DNA from: Octopus sinensis
Taxonomy: Eukaryota
Assembly (NCBI RefSeq): GCF_006345805.1
Contig: NC_042998.1
Location: 152,210,001 to 152,274,000 of the forward strand
Length of the DNA: 64,000 nucleotides
Reading direction: 5' to 3'
Part shown: piece by piece, positions 51,101 to 63,430 of the stretch
Layout: every line of letters begins with the position of its first letter
Numbering within the stretch: the stretch's first letter is position 1
Made by a program: the position numbers and the translations under genes
Notes under the pieces: generated by a model
Seen by the model: the letters and a program-made list of their open reading frames with translations, nothing else
Told to the model about the DNA's origin: nothing
The model's database searches: none

Positions 51101-54100
51101 TATATAACGGGAAGCTTTATGAAAAGACGAAGGCAGGTGGAGTACAAACAAACAATTGTATTAGTATGGCGCTCAGGAATATAAATAAAACAAGTCTTTT
51201 ACGTTTCGAGCCTACGCTCTTCAACAGTAAGATACAGAGAAAAGAAACACGGAGAGAAACAAGGAGAGAAAAAAATGCGTGCAGAAGCTAGCGATTCAAC
51301 AAGGCGATCTGATTCCGGCCAGAAGTCAGAGATCGGACGTGAGAGCGAAAGTAGGGGAGATAACAGGGTCAAATGACTTCGCCCCAACATAAGGGTGCGT
51401 GTGTGTATGAGAGAGTATGTAGTGCGTATGAAAGGTCTGGACGTGTGTATGTATGTATGATGTGATGTGTAATGTCGTATGGTGTAGTGTAGAGAGAGGA
51501 GATGAGGGGGAGAGGGGAGGAGGATGGGGAGGGTGAGAGGGAGGAGCAGGAAAGAAGGAGAGGGTGAGAGGGGGTGGGGAGAAGGAAAGAGGAGAAGAGG
51601 AGGGGGAAGGGGAGAAGGAAGGAGAGGAGAAGGGGGTAGAGAAAAGGGGAGAAGGGGAGTGAGGGAGCATAGAGAAATGGAAGAGGGAAGAAGAAAGAGG
51701 AAAGAAGAGGAGGAAGAAGGGAAGAGGAGGGAAAGAAAGTAGGGGTGAAAAGATGAAGGGCTGAAGAGAAGTAGGAGTCGGGGGGAGGTTAGATGAGGAG
51801 GGGGAGAGTTGAGACCAAATGGCGTAAAAGAGCGAAGAGAGAAGATTAATCCCTGTTCACGGCGCAAACGGGAATCCGGATGGCCTCTGTGCAAGGACAG
51901 ACCGAACACAGACAGGTGTTGCAAGGAGTGACCGGTGGAGCGGAAATGGCGTGAGACCGGTGTATCGTTGGCAAGGCGGATGTCACTGAGATGTTCCGCG
52001 AACCGGTCAGCCAAGCGGCGTCCCGTTTGGCCGATGTACAGGGAATGGCAGAGAGAGCAAGAGATGCAATAGATGATATTGCTGGAGGTGCAGGTGAAGG
52101 AGTTGATGATGCGATAGGGTCGATGATGGGTGCCAGTGAGGAGGGTGGTGTTGGAGAGGTAAGGGCAAGTGCGGCAACGTGGGTGGGAGCAGGGGAACGA
52201 GCCAGGTTGGGAGGCAGGGTCAGGGAAGGAGCTGTGGACCAAAAGGTCTCGTAGGTTATGGGCTCGTTTGAAGGAGGGGAGGGGTCGGTTAGGGAAGAAG
52301 TGTGAAGTGGACGGGTCGGACTGGAGATGCCGGAAAGCTTGAAGAATGGTGCGTTGGAGAGGTAGGGTCGTGGGGTGGTAAGTGAGGGGAAAAAGGGAGG
52401 CGGGAGACTACAGGGCGGGTTCGGGGGGAGAGAGCAGATGCACGGTGTACGGAACGTGCTCTGGCAAGGGCGGTGTGGATAGTGGTAAGTGGGTATCCAC
52501 GTAGGATGAAGTGGCGAGCCATGCGTTGAGACTGAGTCTCAAAGTCATGGTCGTCACTACAGAGACGGAGGAATTGGGAATAGGGGATGGAAAGCTTGGT
52601 GTGTTTTGGGTGGGAGGGAGCGAAGTTTAGGCATGAGTGTGAGTCTGTGTGTTTGTAGTGAATGGAGGTGGTAAGAGTGGAGTGATGAATGCTGACCAAA
52701 ATGTCGAGGAAGGAGACAGAGGTGTTGGAGATAGTGGAGGTGAAGTGGAGGACAGGATGGAAGGATTGAACGAAACAGAGGAAGGGATCTAGATGTTCAC
52801 GGGAGAGTGAGGTGGCACCGATAATGTCGTCAATGTAACGACCGTATAGTTCGGGAGTGGGACCAGTGAAATTAGAGAATATTTGGGCCTCAACATAGCC
52901 AACGAATAGGTTCGCATAGTTGGGGCCCATTCGCGTTCACATGGCCACTCCCGAGATCTGTTGGTAGAACTCGCCCGCGAACGAGAAGCAGTTAAGAGAA
53001 AGGACAAGTTCGGCCAGACGAATGAGTGTGGAGGTGTCGGGTTCGGGGTTGGGGCGGAGGTCGAAAAAGTGTTGAAGTGCCCGCAGTCCTTCGTTGTGAG
53101 GGATGACGGTATAGAGGCTCTGGATGTCCATTGTAAAAAGTATTTTGGAGGAGCCGGGAGGAAAGGAGAAAGAGTTGAAAAGCCGGAGAGCATGGTTGGT
53201 GTCGTGGATGTTGGAGGGAAGAGACGCCACTAGGGGGGCAAGGACACGGTCGAGGTATTTTGAGATGAGCTCTGTGGGGCAGTTGCAGGCGGAGACGATG
53301 GGGCGGCCAGGGTTGTTGGGTTTGTGGATTTTGGGGAGGAAGTAAATGGTGGGGGTGCGTGGGGTTCGCACAATTAGGTTGGATGCGGTGTGGGGAGACG
53401 GGAGGACGAGATGAGGTCGTGGACAGTAGAGAATACCGTCTGTTGGTAGCTACGTGTGGGGTTAGAGGACAGAGGGGAGTAGAAGGAGGTGTCATTGAGT
53501 TGGCGGAGAGCCTCGGCCCTGTAGAGGTCCGCGCCCCACACCACCACAGCTCCACCCTTGTCAGCCGGTTTGATGATAATGTCAGCGCGCAGTTGGAGGG
53601 AACGAAGAGCCGAGAGCTCGGCCGGGGAGATGTTGAGGCGGTGGTGGCGCCTGGAGAAGTTGAACCGCTCCAACAGGCACCCGCGAAAAGATCCACTGCT
53701 AGAAACTGGCCGGGGGCAGGCGTCCACAGGGATGGTCGGCGGCCCAGGTCAGTGAAGCAGTCCTCGTCGTTGGATGCGGGTGGTGAGTCGCGGAAAAACG
53801 CACCCAACCGGACGCGGCGCGCAAAGCTGTGGACATCAGCTCGCGTCTGGAATTCCTTACAGGATGGAGTGAGGGGGATGAAACGCAGACTCCTACTAAG
53901 GACGGAGCGTTCCGCCGCAGAGATGGGAAGATCAGGGGGAATGGTAACAACAGACGGAAGTGGAGAAGGGGTGGGTGGAATAGAAGTACGAGGGGTGGAT
54001 GGAATGGGAGTAGGAGTAGGAGGGGTGGTAGGGCTGGTGGAGGTTTGAGGGGGAGGGATTGGGGAGGTGGGGGGGTTATTGGGAGGGACAGTGGGGCTAG

Positions 54101-55446
54101 GTGTGGGTGGGTGGAGCCTATCAGGAGGGGAGAAGGGTAGTGGAGGAGTTGGGATAGTGGCGTCGGGTGTGGTGGAATAGAGGAGTGATTGGAGTTTACG
54201 AAGTTTGGTATTGGAAAGAAATTGATGGAAGAGGTGATTTAAATGGATAATGAAGCGTAGAGTGTTTTGAGCATGGAAAGGCGGCAGAGAGGAGAAAAGG
54301 ATGGAAAAAGCAGGAGGGAGAAGGCAGTCGATGGTATGTAGTTTAGAGAGATTGGAGCGAATGGTGGCCCGCATAAGGCGGTAGGATGTGGTGCGGAGTA
54401 TGGGTAAGATGGAAGAAGCCGAGTAGAGAGCAGGGTGGAAATGGAGGCGGAAACCTTTAGGCAGCGGTTTCGAAAAGAGACGTGGCTAGAGAAGCGGGTT
54501 TTTTTAAAAAGGAGCAGAGAGAGATTAATGGACGGCTGAAAGCAGTTTGGAGGGAGTAGGCGGAGGTAATCTTTCAAACAGTGGTGGATAGTGAGGAGGT
54601 AGGATTTGTAATCCGGCATGGTGGAATAGTGAAAAAAAGGAGAGAAAAAAAGGGGAGAAAAAAAGAGAAAAAAGGGAGAAAAAAGGGGAATAAAACAAAC
54701 GTTCGAAAAAACAACAAAAAAAAACAATCGTTCGAAAAAACTAGATAAAAAAAGCGGTAGGGGCAGAAAATAAAGGCAAAGAAGATGGGACAAATGGAAA
54801 AAGGAAAGAAAAAAGAAAGGAAACAGAGAGAGGGGGAGGCAAAAAAGGGGGTGCAGGCAGAGGAAACAGAGTATGGACATCCAGAGAAGGAAGAAACGAC
54901 AGAAAGGAGGACAAAAAATGCAGGAAATTGTGGAAAGTATGAAATGAATGTAAAAAAAAGATAATATATGAGAAAATAAAATAAAACGAACGGGACAGTT
55001 TATACGAACAAGTTCAAGGTTGAGAGTTCAAGGTTAAAAATGTATAGACGTCGTGGTATATTTTTTAAGGATTTCACATCAATAACAAAGTCACTTTGAT
55101 CCGTGAAAGAGAGGCGCAGCCAGTGGTAAGTATCCAGGAGGTTAAGAAAATCCAATGCAGAGGTAAGAGTTGATAGTGGTGTTGGTAGAATATAGGATGA
55201 AAGTGAGACCACGTGAGCGCGTAATATATAACGGGAAGCTTTATGAAAATAAACAAAAGACGAAGGCAGGTGGAGTACAAACAAACAATTGTATTAGTAT
55301 GGCGCTCAGGAATATAAATAAAACAAGTCTTTTACGTTTCGAGCCTACGCTCTTCAACAGAAAGATACACAGAAAAGAAACACGGAGAGAAACAAGGAGA
55401 GAAAAAAATGCGTACAGAAGCTAGCGATTCAACATGGCGATCTGAT
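51101..55446 (-). mobile_element. Near-complete Penelope-like retroelement with direct pseudo-LTRs (55225-55446 and 51101-51313)
   Basis: ~210-bp direct repeats flanking the RT plus GIY-YIG ORF; each repeat holds a minimal hammerhead-like motif (55328-55365, 51195-51232). Confidence 0.92.
51780..54619 (-). pseudogene. Penelope RT-GIY-YIG polyprotein, frameshifted
   Basis: Starts MPDYKSY (ATG 54619); IKPADKGGAVVVW, YFLPKIHKPNNPGRPIVS, FTMDIQSLYT, YQQISGVAM, GPNYANLF, RYIDDI, HPKHTKLSIPYSQFLR; IIYCISC..LYIGQTGRRLADRFAEH. Confidence 0.92.
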
Positions 55447-55469
55447 ATACATCTAGGCGAGAGGGATTT

Positions 55470-55723
55470 TTCATTTTTGGTACAGCGAGACCTGCTGAGG
55501 AGAGTTAAAGTTCTAGCCAGATTTTGAAATTATAATCCGTCTTTATCTGTTACTATATTCTATGGTCTCCTAGCTGGGAAAATATGCTAAATTTCACTCG
55601 TTTCCCCGATTTCAGTTGGTCCGTTAGCTATTTTTTCAGTAAGGTTAGTAGTTGTGTTGGAAGTTTTTACTTCTACTTTTTAGCAAGCTGGTGCTTTGTG
55701 TACCCTCTAATATAATTAAGAAT
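55470..55723 (+). mobile_element. Hammerhead-bearing repeat (HHR 55491-55540), inverted relative to 50367-50645
   Basis: cctg-CTGAGGA-gagtt..atttt-GAAA-ttataa-TC-cgt; downstream sequence aligns with the reverse complement of 50367-50515. Confidence 0.75.
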
Positions 55724-55810
55724 TTATTGTATAGCTGTTTAAATGTAATATTTTTTGCTGCAACTAATGTTATTATTATTGTTATTATGAATTATTTAGA
55801 TTTGACCCTC

Positions 55811-55882
<72 letters not shown>

Positions 55883-56024
55883 TCTTTATGAGTATTTATT
55901 TTGAATACTTACTCATTCTTATATGTGTGTATATATAGAGAGAGATCGATATATATATATATACATACATACATACACACATACATACATACATACATAC
56001 ATACATACATACATACATACATAC

Positions 56025-56087
<63 letters not shown>

Positions 56088-56936
56088 CACTAGCAGAAAG
56101 ACCGCCCTCCGGGGGGTTTTCTGCTAGCCGCTCGATAATATTTCCACATTTGATTCCCAATTCTAATAATTTTTATGATATTTTAAGTCTAATTATTTTC
56201 TTCTATTATAGTGCTCATTTGCTTAGTAAATATTGCTTTCATAATTTTATCACAGTCATAATCTCTCTTCTTTAAAGAAACATCAAGGTAGTCCAACTAC
56301 GTTTAATGTGCCAAAAATATCAGTGATTACATAGAGATACCTTGATACCTATAGCGTATCCAATAGCCATAGCAACAAATTCACTTACTAATTCTTGGAT
56401 AATGATGGAAAGGAAATAAGTCATATGAGTTCGAAGCTTCAGTAAGTTTTAATAAATTGTCCAATATAATTTATTATCAGTATGTATAAACAATAAACTG
56501 AGGGCATTTAGACAACGAAACTGATAATAGTCTTGAAATTGTGCCTTGTGTCAAAGTTATATAGCTATTATTAAATTATCATTAATGAAAATAGAGGCGA
56601 GCGAGAATGAGAGACTGATGCAAATAAAAACGTAAAATGTTACCTGCAACGACTTAATATTGTTTATTATTAAACATTAAATTCTACTCCGCAGTTAATC
56701 AATGAATATTTAGATTTATGAAGAATTGGACGCATTGAATGCAATGAATATTTAAATTTGCGAAAATTTGAAGTTAAAAAATTCAATAAACTTAAAAAAT
56801 CGAAATTATAGGAAATTTTTTAGAACATGAATTCATAAAAAATATTTCCAGACGGTCAAGTTTCTAATACTGCTTTCTTTTAGTACTTTTAGTAATTGTT
56901 AGATACCTAATTAATAAGCACCTTTCTCCATTGTAG

Positions 56937-56991
<55 letters not shown>

Positions 56992-56998
56992 ATATACC

Positions 56999-57901
56999 TA
57001 ATGTAGGATAAAAAATTTGGGGGGGAATAAATTTTATCAATGGCCAGCATATCAAAAAATACCTTTAAAGGTTAAATTTATAAATAATTTACAAAATGAA
57101 GGCAGAAGAAAAATTTTAATACCAAATATGCCGAAAAAAAGACAAAATTTATCAAAAACCATTATATTTTATGCGTCTCGAAACAAACCGATAGAAATTT
57201 CTAAAAAATCCGTTATTACCGCATTGGTCCCAATTTCGGGGTTAATTCATAAGAATTTTCCCTTCTTCAGCGATAAATACGTGAGATATAAGTGAAATAC
57301 TTACTCATAGCCATGTAAAAAGCAAGCACTAAGTCCTGAGCAGACCTAAGTACCCCAAATATATCCAAAATAGAAAATCTTCGACACATCTCGAGACACG
57401 TGTGATTCGAACTAGAAACTTTCACAAAGTGAGAGAATCCGGAAGTGAACACTATTCAATTTATAACTAATGTAGGATAAAAAATTTTTTCGGGAAAAAA
57501 TTTTATCAATGGCCAACATATCAAAAAATACCATTAAAGGTTAAATTTATAAATAAGTTACAAAATGAGGGCAGAAGAAAAATTCTAATGCCAAATATGC
57601 CGAAAAAATTACAAAATTTGTCAAAAACCATTATATTTTATGCGTCTCGAAACAAACCGATAGAAATTTCTAAAAAATCCGTTATTACTGCATTGGTCCC
57701 AATTTCGGGGTTAATTCATAAGAATTTCCCCTTCTTCAGCGATAAATACGTGAGATATAAGTGAAATACTTACTCATACCCATAGAAAAAGCAAGCACTA
57801 AGTCCTGAGCAGACCTAAGTACCCCATCATGTATATATATATATATATATACATGATGGGGTAATTAGGTCTGCTCAGGACTTAGTGCTTGCTTTTTCCA
57901 T

Positions 57902-57903
<2 letters not shown>
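56999..57903 (-). mobile_element. ORF-less tandem repeat (469-bp period) with two hammerhead-like motifs and a 5' fold-back
   Basis: 56999-57357 repeats at 57468-57827; motifs at 57216-57276 and 57685-57745; palindrome 57780-57903 centred on (TA)n. Confidence 0.85.
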
Positions 57904-57938
<35 letters not shown>

Positions 57939-58134
57939 AATTGAGATAGGGGTTGTAAATGCAACCCTCTATGGGATAACATATATCCAATATACTGCTA
58001 GTGAAGTACCCAACAAAGTTAATACATAAATGTTAATGATTGCGATGCAATCAATTCATTTACTGTATTATATGGGCAAAGGTAAAATGATTTACCACAA
58101 ATTACTAATACAAGATAAGCGTTATTAATAATAT

Positions 58135-58220
58135 TATGGATGATGATAATAATGGTAGCATTAATGGTATTGACAACGATAATAATGGTAGCATTAATGG
58201 TATTGACAACGATAATGATG
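58135..58220. repeat. 33-bp minisatellite, about 2.4 copies
   Basis: gataataatggtagcattaatggtattgacaac repeated. Confidence 0.85.
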
Positions 58221-58506
58221 CTAACTTTAATGACACTTTAGAAATTAGTATAAAGTAATATAATGTACTATTGACTATGTATATTTGCATCTAGGTACTA
58301 ATTTGTGTATGTTTATTATCACAATATTGGAACACATATATATGTTTACTAAAATATTATTATTTCATTTATATCATTATGTATATGTATATTTTTATAT
58401 GTATAAGAGTGTGAGTATATGCACTCATATGTATATGTATATGTTGTATTATGGGTATGCACCCACACCCATGTGGGTATATATGTAGACTGATTTATAT
58501 TACATA

Positions 58507-58633
58507 ATCTCCGAAGAGGCCTTATGATATTTTTGTAAATGTCTCATTTATATCTATATATTGACCTACCATGAAAGGCTAATATTGGTAAAATGAGACA
58601 TACGTATCTACATGGCCGAAACAGCTGTAAGAT
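58507..58633 (+). ncRNA. Hammerhead variant (U4C core) with ~90-nt helix II insert
   Basis: atct-CCGAAGA-ggcc..ggcc-GAAA-cagctg-TA-agat; palindromic helix III ACAGCUGU. Confidence 0.65.
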
Positions 58634-58871
58634 GTAATCTATACTTATATTTATATTTACTTATATTTATATTCTCTTTTATATATATATTCTACAACAT
58701 TACTCTTTTATGTACACTTTTTATGTACATGCCTTTATGTACACTGATTTGTTCTGCTTTTTATATTTAACCCTACAGTCTCTTATGTGGTGGTTTAATA
58801 AAGTATGTGATTGAGTATTATCTGGTAATTGATATTTGATTTAGATGTATTTCTCCATTTTCTTATCTTGT

Positions 58872-58979
<108 letters not shown>

Positions 58980-58995
58980 TCAATATATTACATGC

Positions 58996-59605
58996 TGAAA
59001 GTAGACGCCAAATCGTCTAACAGCGAAAAATGCGTTGTCATTTAACAGCGCGTTAGATGTACTCGTGCAGGACACTATGAAAATATATAAAAAGACCAGT
59101 CAATTGCATACTTCGAAGTGTCACCATTAATAATTAAACAATTATCTGTGGACCATCAGTGGAATCCGCTGGGGACGCAATAATAGAACTCGAATACATA
59201 CCATCTCCGTGAAAGAACACACGTGCGTAACGAGTTCCACCATTATACATCATGCGTTCAATTCAACTAGCGCGTCAAGCCAGAATAAATTAGCAGTGAA
59301 TTACCCTACTCGAGAACTAAAATGTTTAAAAATATAAATACTAAGGGTAAAAATTATTATTAAAAAATAACTTATATCAGTAGTCAGCATGCGTAAAAAA
59401 CGGTCCAAGGACTGCAAATCATATTCAAATATAAGATTAAAGTAGATTCCAAATCGTCTAACCACGAAACATGCATTCTAATTTAACGGCGCGTTGGATG
59501 TACAAGTGCAAGACACTATGAAAAGATATAAAAGGACCAGTGAAATCTATACTTCGAAGTTTCACCATTAATAATTAAACAATTATCCGTGGATCTATGA
59601 TGAAT
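58996..59605 (-). mobile_element. Degenerate tandem repeat (~445-bp period) with two decayed hammerheads, related to 16766-17530
   Basis: 58996-59170 repeats at 59441-59605; minus CTGATGG-tcca..tggt-GACA-cttcgaag-TA and GAAA-cttcgaag-TA. Confidence 0.7.
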
Positions 59606-59639
59606 TCTCTTGTGAACGACAAATGAGGGTTCTGCAAAA

Positions 59640-62600
59640 TAAAGTACTAATCATGTTCTATGGACACGAATGTATCGCTGAGGCCTTCTGGTGCCTTGCA
59701 AATCTTTTGGCAAATGGAACAGGTTGAGGACTTAATTTGCTTGAGTGCTTGTCGATCATTCACTATGTATTTTCTTGAGTGGACAGCAAGGCCCGCTTTG
59801 CTGCATGCCACAAAACTACAATGACAGCTAAGGTTTCCATTTAAAGGAACAGCGTTTTGCCTGCGTGATTTCATGTTTGCACGAAGTTGGTCCCATTGTT
59901 GGAGTCGACTTTGCTCAAATCTTTGAACTGAGAAGCAGCACTGGCGCCAGGTCCTGCGTTCTACTGCATTGTTTTCCCGGGAAGAAAAGGGAATGTTGCA
60001 TCTCTTCAGATTGTTTTTTAGTTTGTCTTTGAAGCCCAAGAGTAACCTTCCAACTGACCTTCCTGTTGAGAATTGGCCAAAGAGAAGTTATTTCGGAATT
60101 CTGATATCACTCATACGTAAGAGATGACCTGATCATCTAAGTTGTATATTGATGAGGATGGCTTCAATACCTGATATGTTGCATTTTGTTAGTGCCTCAC
60201 TGTTATGAACATAGTCGCTCGGTTTTATGTTGTAGATAGTACGCAAGCATGGCATATGAAAAGCGTCTGCCTGGTTGATGTGCTTTCGGTACGGAGTCCA
60301 AGATTCAACATCATAAAGCAATGTTGTCAACATCACTGACTTATATACATTGATTTTCACCTTCAACGATACGTCGTGGCTGTTTTAAAGCCTGTGATAA
60401 AGCTTACCGAAAGTGGAGTTATTCATCCTGATTCTGGACTCAATTTTTTAATCTTTTTTAGCATCTCTGGATGCAATGGAACCAAGATAGGTGCAGGAGA
60501 AAACAGTTTGTAATGCTTTCCCTTCAACATATACAGTAGGGGGAAAAGGGGAAGCTGATCACGAATGGGCTCAGGTTCTTGATGCTGATGGTCAGACCAA
60601 AAGCATTCGATGCACGCGAGTTGTTTAGAATCCATTGCATGTCCTCAAAAGGGTATGCTACAAGTGCACAATCGTCTGCGAAGAGCAAATCTCGAACTAT
60701 TTGCACCAAAGTCTAAGGTTTTCTTTGAAGCGCTGTCGGTTGAATAAGCCACCACCAGTTCTGTACTCAAACTTTACTCCTTTAACACTCTCGAAGACTG
60801 TTTCCAACATGATGGAGAAATACAAACTAAATAAGAGCGGTGCAAGAACACAGCCTTGTCTTGTCCCATGTGAATGAATCGAATACTTCCCCGTTAGATC
60901 TGACAGAAGTCATCATTCCTTGTTGGAAAGAAATGATGGCATTGAGCATCTTTTCTGGAACACCTAACTTTCTAAGAATAACCTAAAGATACGGTGTCGA
61001 AAGCCTTAGTTAGATCTACAAAGGTGACAAAAGGTCTCGGTTGTGCTCATGAGCCTTTTCCCAGAAACACACAAAAGAAAGATACCTCTATGGTTGTCAC
61101 ATTCACATTTTTTGCCTTTGTGCTTATAAAGATGGGCAATAAAAGCATCTTTAACCTCCTGTGGGATTGATCCTGATTCATAGATTAAGGTGAAGAGTTT
61201 GCATAACTTGTTCAGCTGGAGACTGCTGCCACATTTATATATCTCGGCTGGTATGCCATCATTCCCAGATGACTTTCCATTTGAACTGTTTTATGGCCTT
61301 TTTTTATTTCAGCATTTGATGGAGCAACTGACAGTTCTTCAAGGACAGGCTTTTGTGGTAGGCTGTTGATCAGTTCTTCATCAACAATTGAGTCCATATT
61401 CAGAACATTTGAAAAATGCTCTGCCTAGCACTTTGTGATCTCCGTTTTATCTGTCAGAAGATTACACTCAATTGAAAGTATGGGAGTTGAACCATAAGAC
61501 ACAAGTCCAAAAGCACTCTTTAAATTCTGATAAAATTACCTGGAGTCACATCTGTTCGCAGCACCCTGCAATTCTTGTGCCTTCTTTTGTCACCATATCT
61601 ATTTCATTTGCCTCAGTTGAGAATGGCAAATATTTCTGACATTTTAAAACTCGTTGCGTTTTGTGGCAAAACTCATTGCTTTTTATTTGACATCCATTGA
61701 CAGTGGTACTTGTGCATATTGTCCAAAAGAGAAGAGATGTTTGAATCATTTGAGTCGAATCAATCTTGGTGCTTCGTCTTGACACACCCAAGTGTTTCAC
61801 AAGATCACTCAAATGCAGCATGTTTAAAAGCAAACCTCACTGATTCAATATCTGTGTTGTCTGAGATACGAGCAAGTTTGTTGTCACAGGCTATCTGAAA
61901 TGAGGTTAAATTGTCAGTGTTCCTCAGCTTTATCGCATCCACTTTTCGAATTGGTCGAATGCGATTGTTACGAATAGAACAACGGATAGTAAAATTCGCC
62001 TTTGATTGGATCAGTCTATGGTGAGACCAGCACTCCCCAATGGAGAAAGAACGTGTTACTTAGACATCTTTCCTCATGGGAAACCTCATAATTATGTAAT
62101 CAATGAGGTGATAATGTTTTGATCGAGGATGCTTCCAGATAGTTTTGTGGTGGTTGAGAAGTTGGAAAATAGCATTTGTAATCAAGAAGCCATACTCACT
62201 ACGAAGCGATAGCAGCAGATGGATGTTTGAGTTAGCCTTGCCAACACCATGATTACCTATTACGTCATGCTATATGGATGTATCACAACCTACGCGTACA
62301 TTGAAATCACCAAAGAGAAGTTTATCATGGATGAAGACACCTCTCAACTGGCTACGTAGCTCAGAGTAGAACTGTTCTTTGACTACTTCGTTTGAGATCA
62401 TCGTTGGAGCATAGCCGCTAAAAATAGTTGCATATTTATTTTTGCCAATGCAGTTACGCAATGAAATGAGTCTTTCACTAATACCAACAGGGAGAGATTC
62501 AAGATATTTCACTAGGTCATTCCGAATAGCAAACCCAACGTTCAATTGAAGAGTTCTTACATTCCAAGCTGGAGTTAAAAGGTTTTTTTGTTCTTGATTT

Positions 62601-62800
62601 GCTTAATTGTCTGGTACAGGCTTGGATACACAGTCATTTGCACCTATTAACATGGAAGAATACGAGTATGCAATTTTTATGTCGCAGTTTCCTCCATAGG
62701 AGGAAAGCAGTGCCATCCTAAACAGGGCTACTTTATTGTGAAAGGAAGACACGAATTACACAATTACCCGAAGATGTTTTGAAAAGCGAAGTTCAAGCTA
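59640..62800 (-). mobile_element. Near full-length RTE (BovB-like) LINE, degenerate
   Basis: APE (NVGFAI..ISERLISLR..YATIFSGYAPT..GDFNVRVG), RT (DLLFADDCALVA, KVKINVYKSVMLTTLLY), C-terminal FKDKLKNNLK..WRQ..SKAGLAVH; many stops. Confidence 0.9.
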
Positions 62801-62809
62801 AGAACTTCC

Positions 62810-63430
62810 GGTGACATCTTTCACTTGTTCCCGTTGTTATCCCTTCATCATCAAAGAGGCATTTTTTGGAGGAGATAAACTGGAGTTACCCTCTTTTTGC
62901 TTCTTCACTCTTTCTCCTCTCCTCGAAAGTGGAACAGCGGAAATAAATTGTTCTTCGCCAGTATGGACGGTCAGCGGCTTCTGTTTCCCAGGTGTTAGGG
63001 CTGATTCTGGCTTGAAGGAGGAAAGACTTCAGTAGATCTTCTAATCTGCGTTTTGGGACTCCGCGATGTCGTTTGCTGTTAACAAGCTCGCTGTAGAGAA
63101 TGGTCCGCGGGAGTTTTGAAGGGGCCATTCGAATGACATTTCCTGACAACCTGAGATGATGCTTGCGGATGGCAGCTTCAATGCTTAGCATCATTGAGTG
63201 ATTGAGGACTTCGTTGTTGGTGCGTCATTCCTGAAATCTGATGTTGAGGATCTGCCGAAGCTTGGCTTATTAGAAATACTTTCACATGTCCCGAATTGTG
63301 AGAGAGTACTACCGAGACATTGAGAGTTGTTTCCAGAAGTGTGTCTCCTATATTGATGGTAACTTCTGGTATTTCAGAATGAGGAAGTATCTTCGTTTTG
63401 TCCGCATTCACTTTCATTCCAAAGTAATTG
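62810..63430 (-). mobile_element. Second RTE LINE 3' fragment (different subfamily)
   Basis: SIEAAIRKHHLRLSGNVIRM..LPRTILYSEL..RHRGVPKRRLEDLLK..WETEAADRPYWRR. Confidence 0.8.

Noticed and set aside
59640-62800. Potentially active RTE LINE
   Set aside because: Numerous stops and frameshifts; this copy cannot encode a functional protein.
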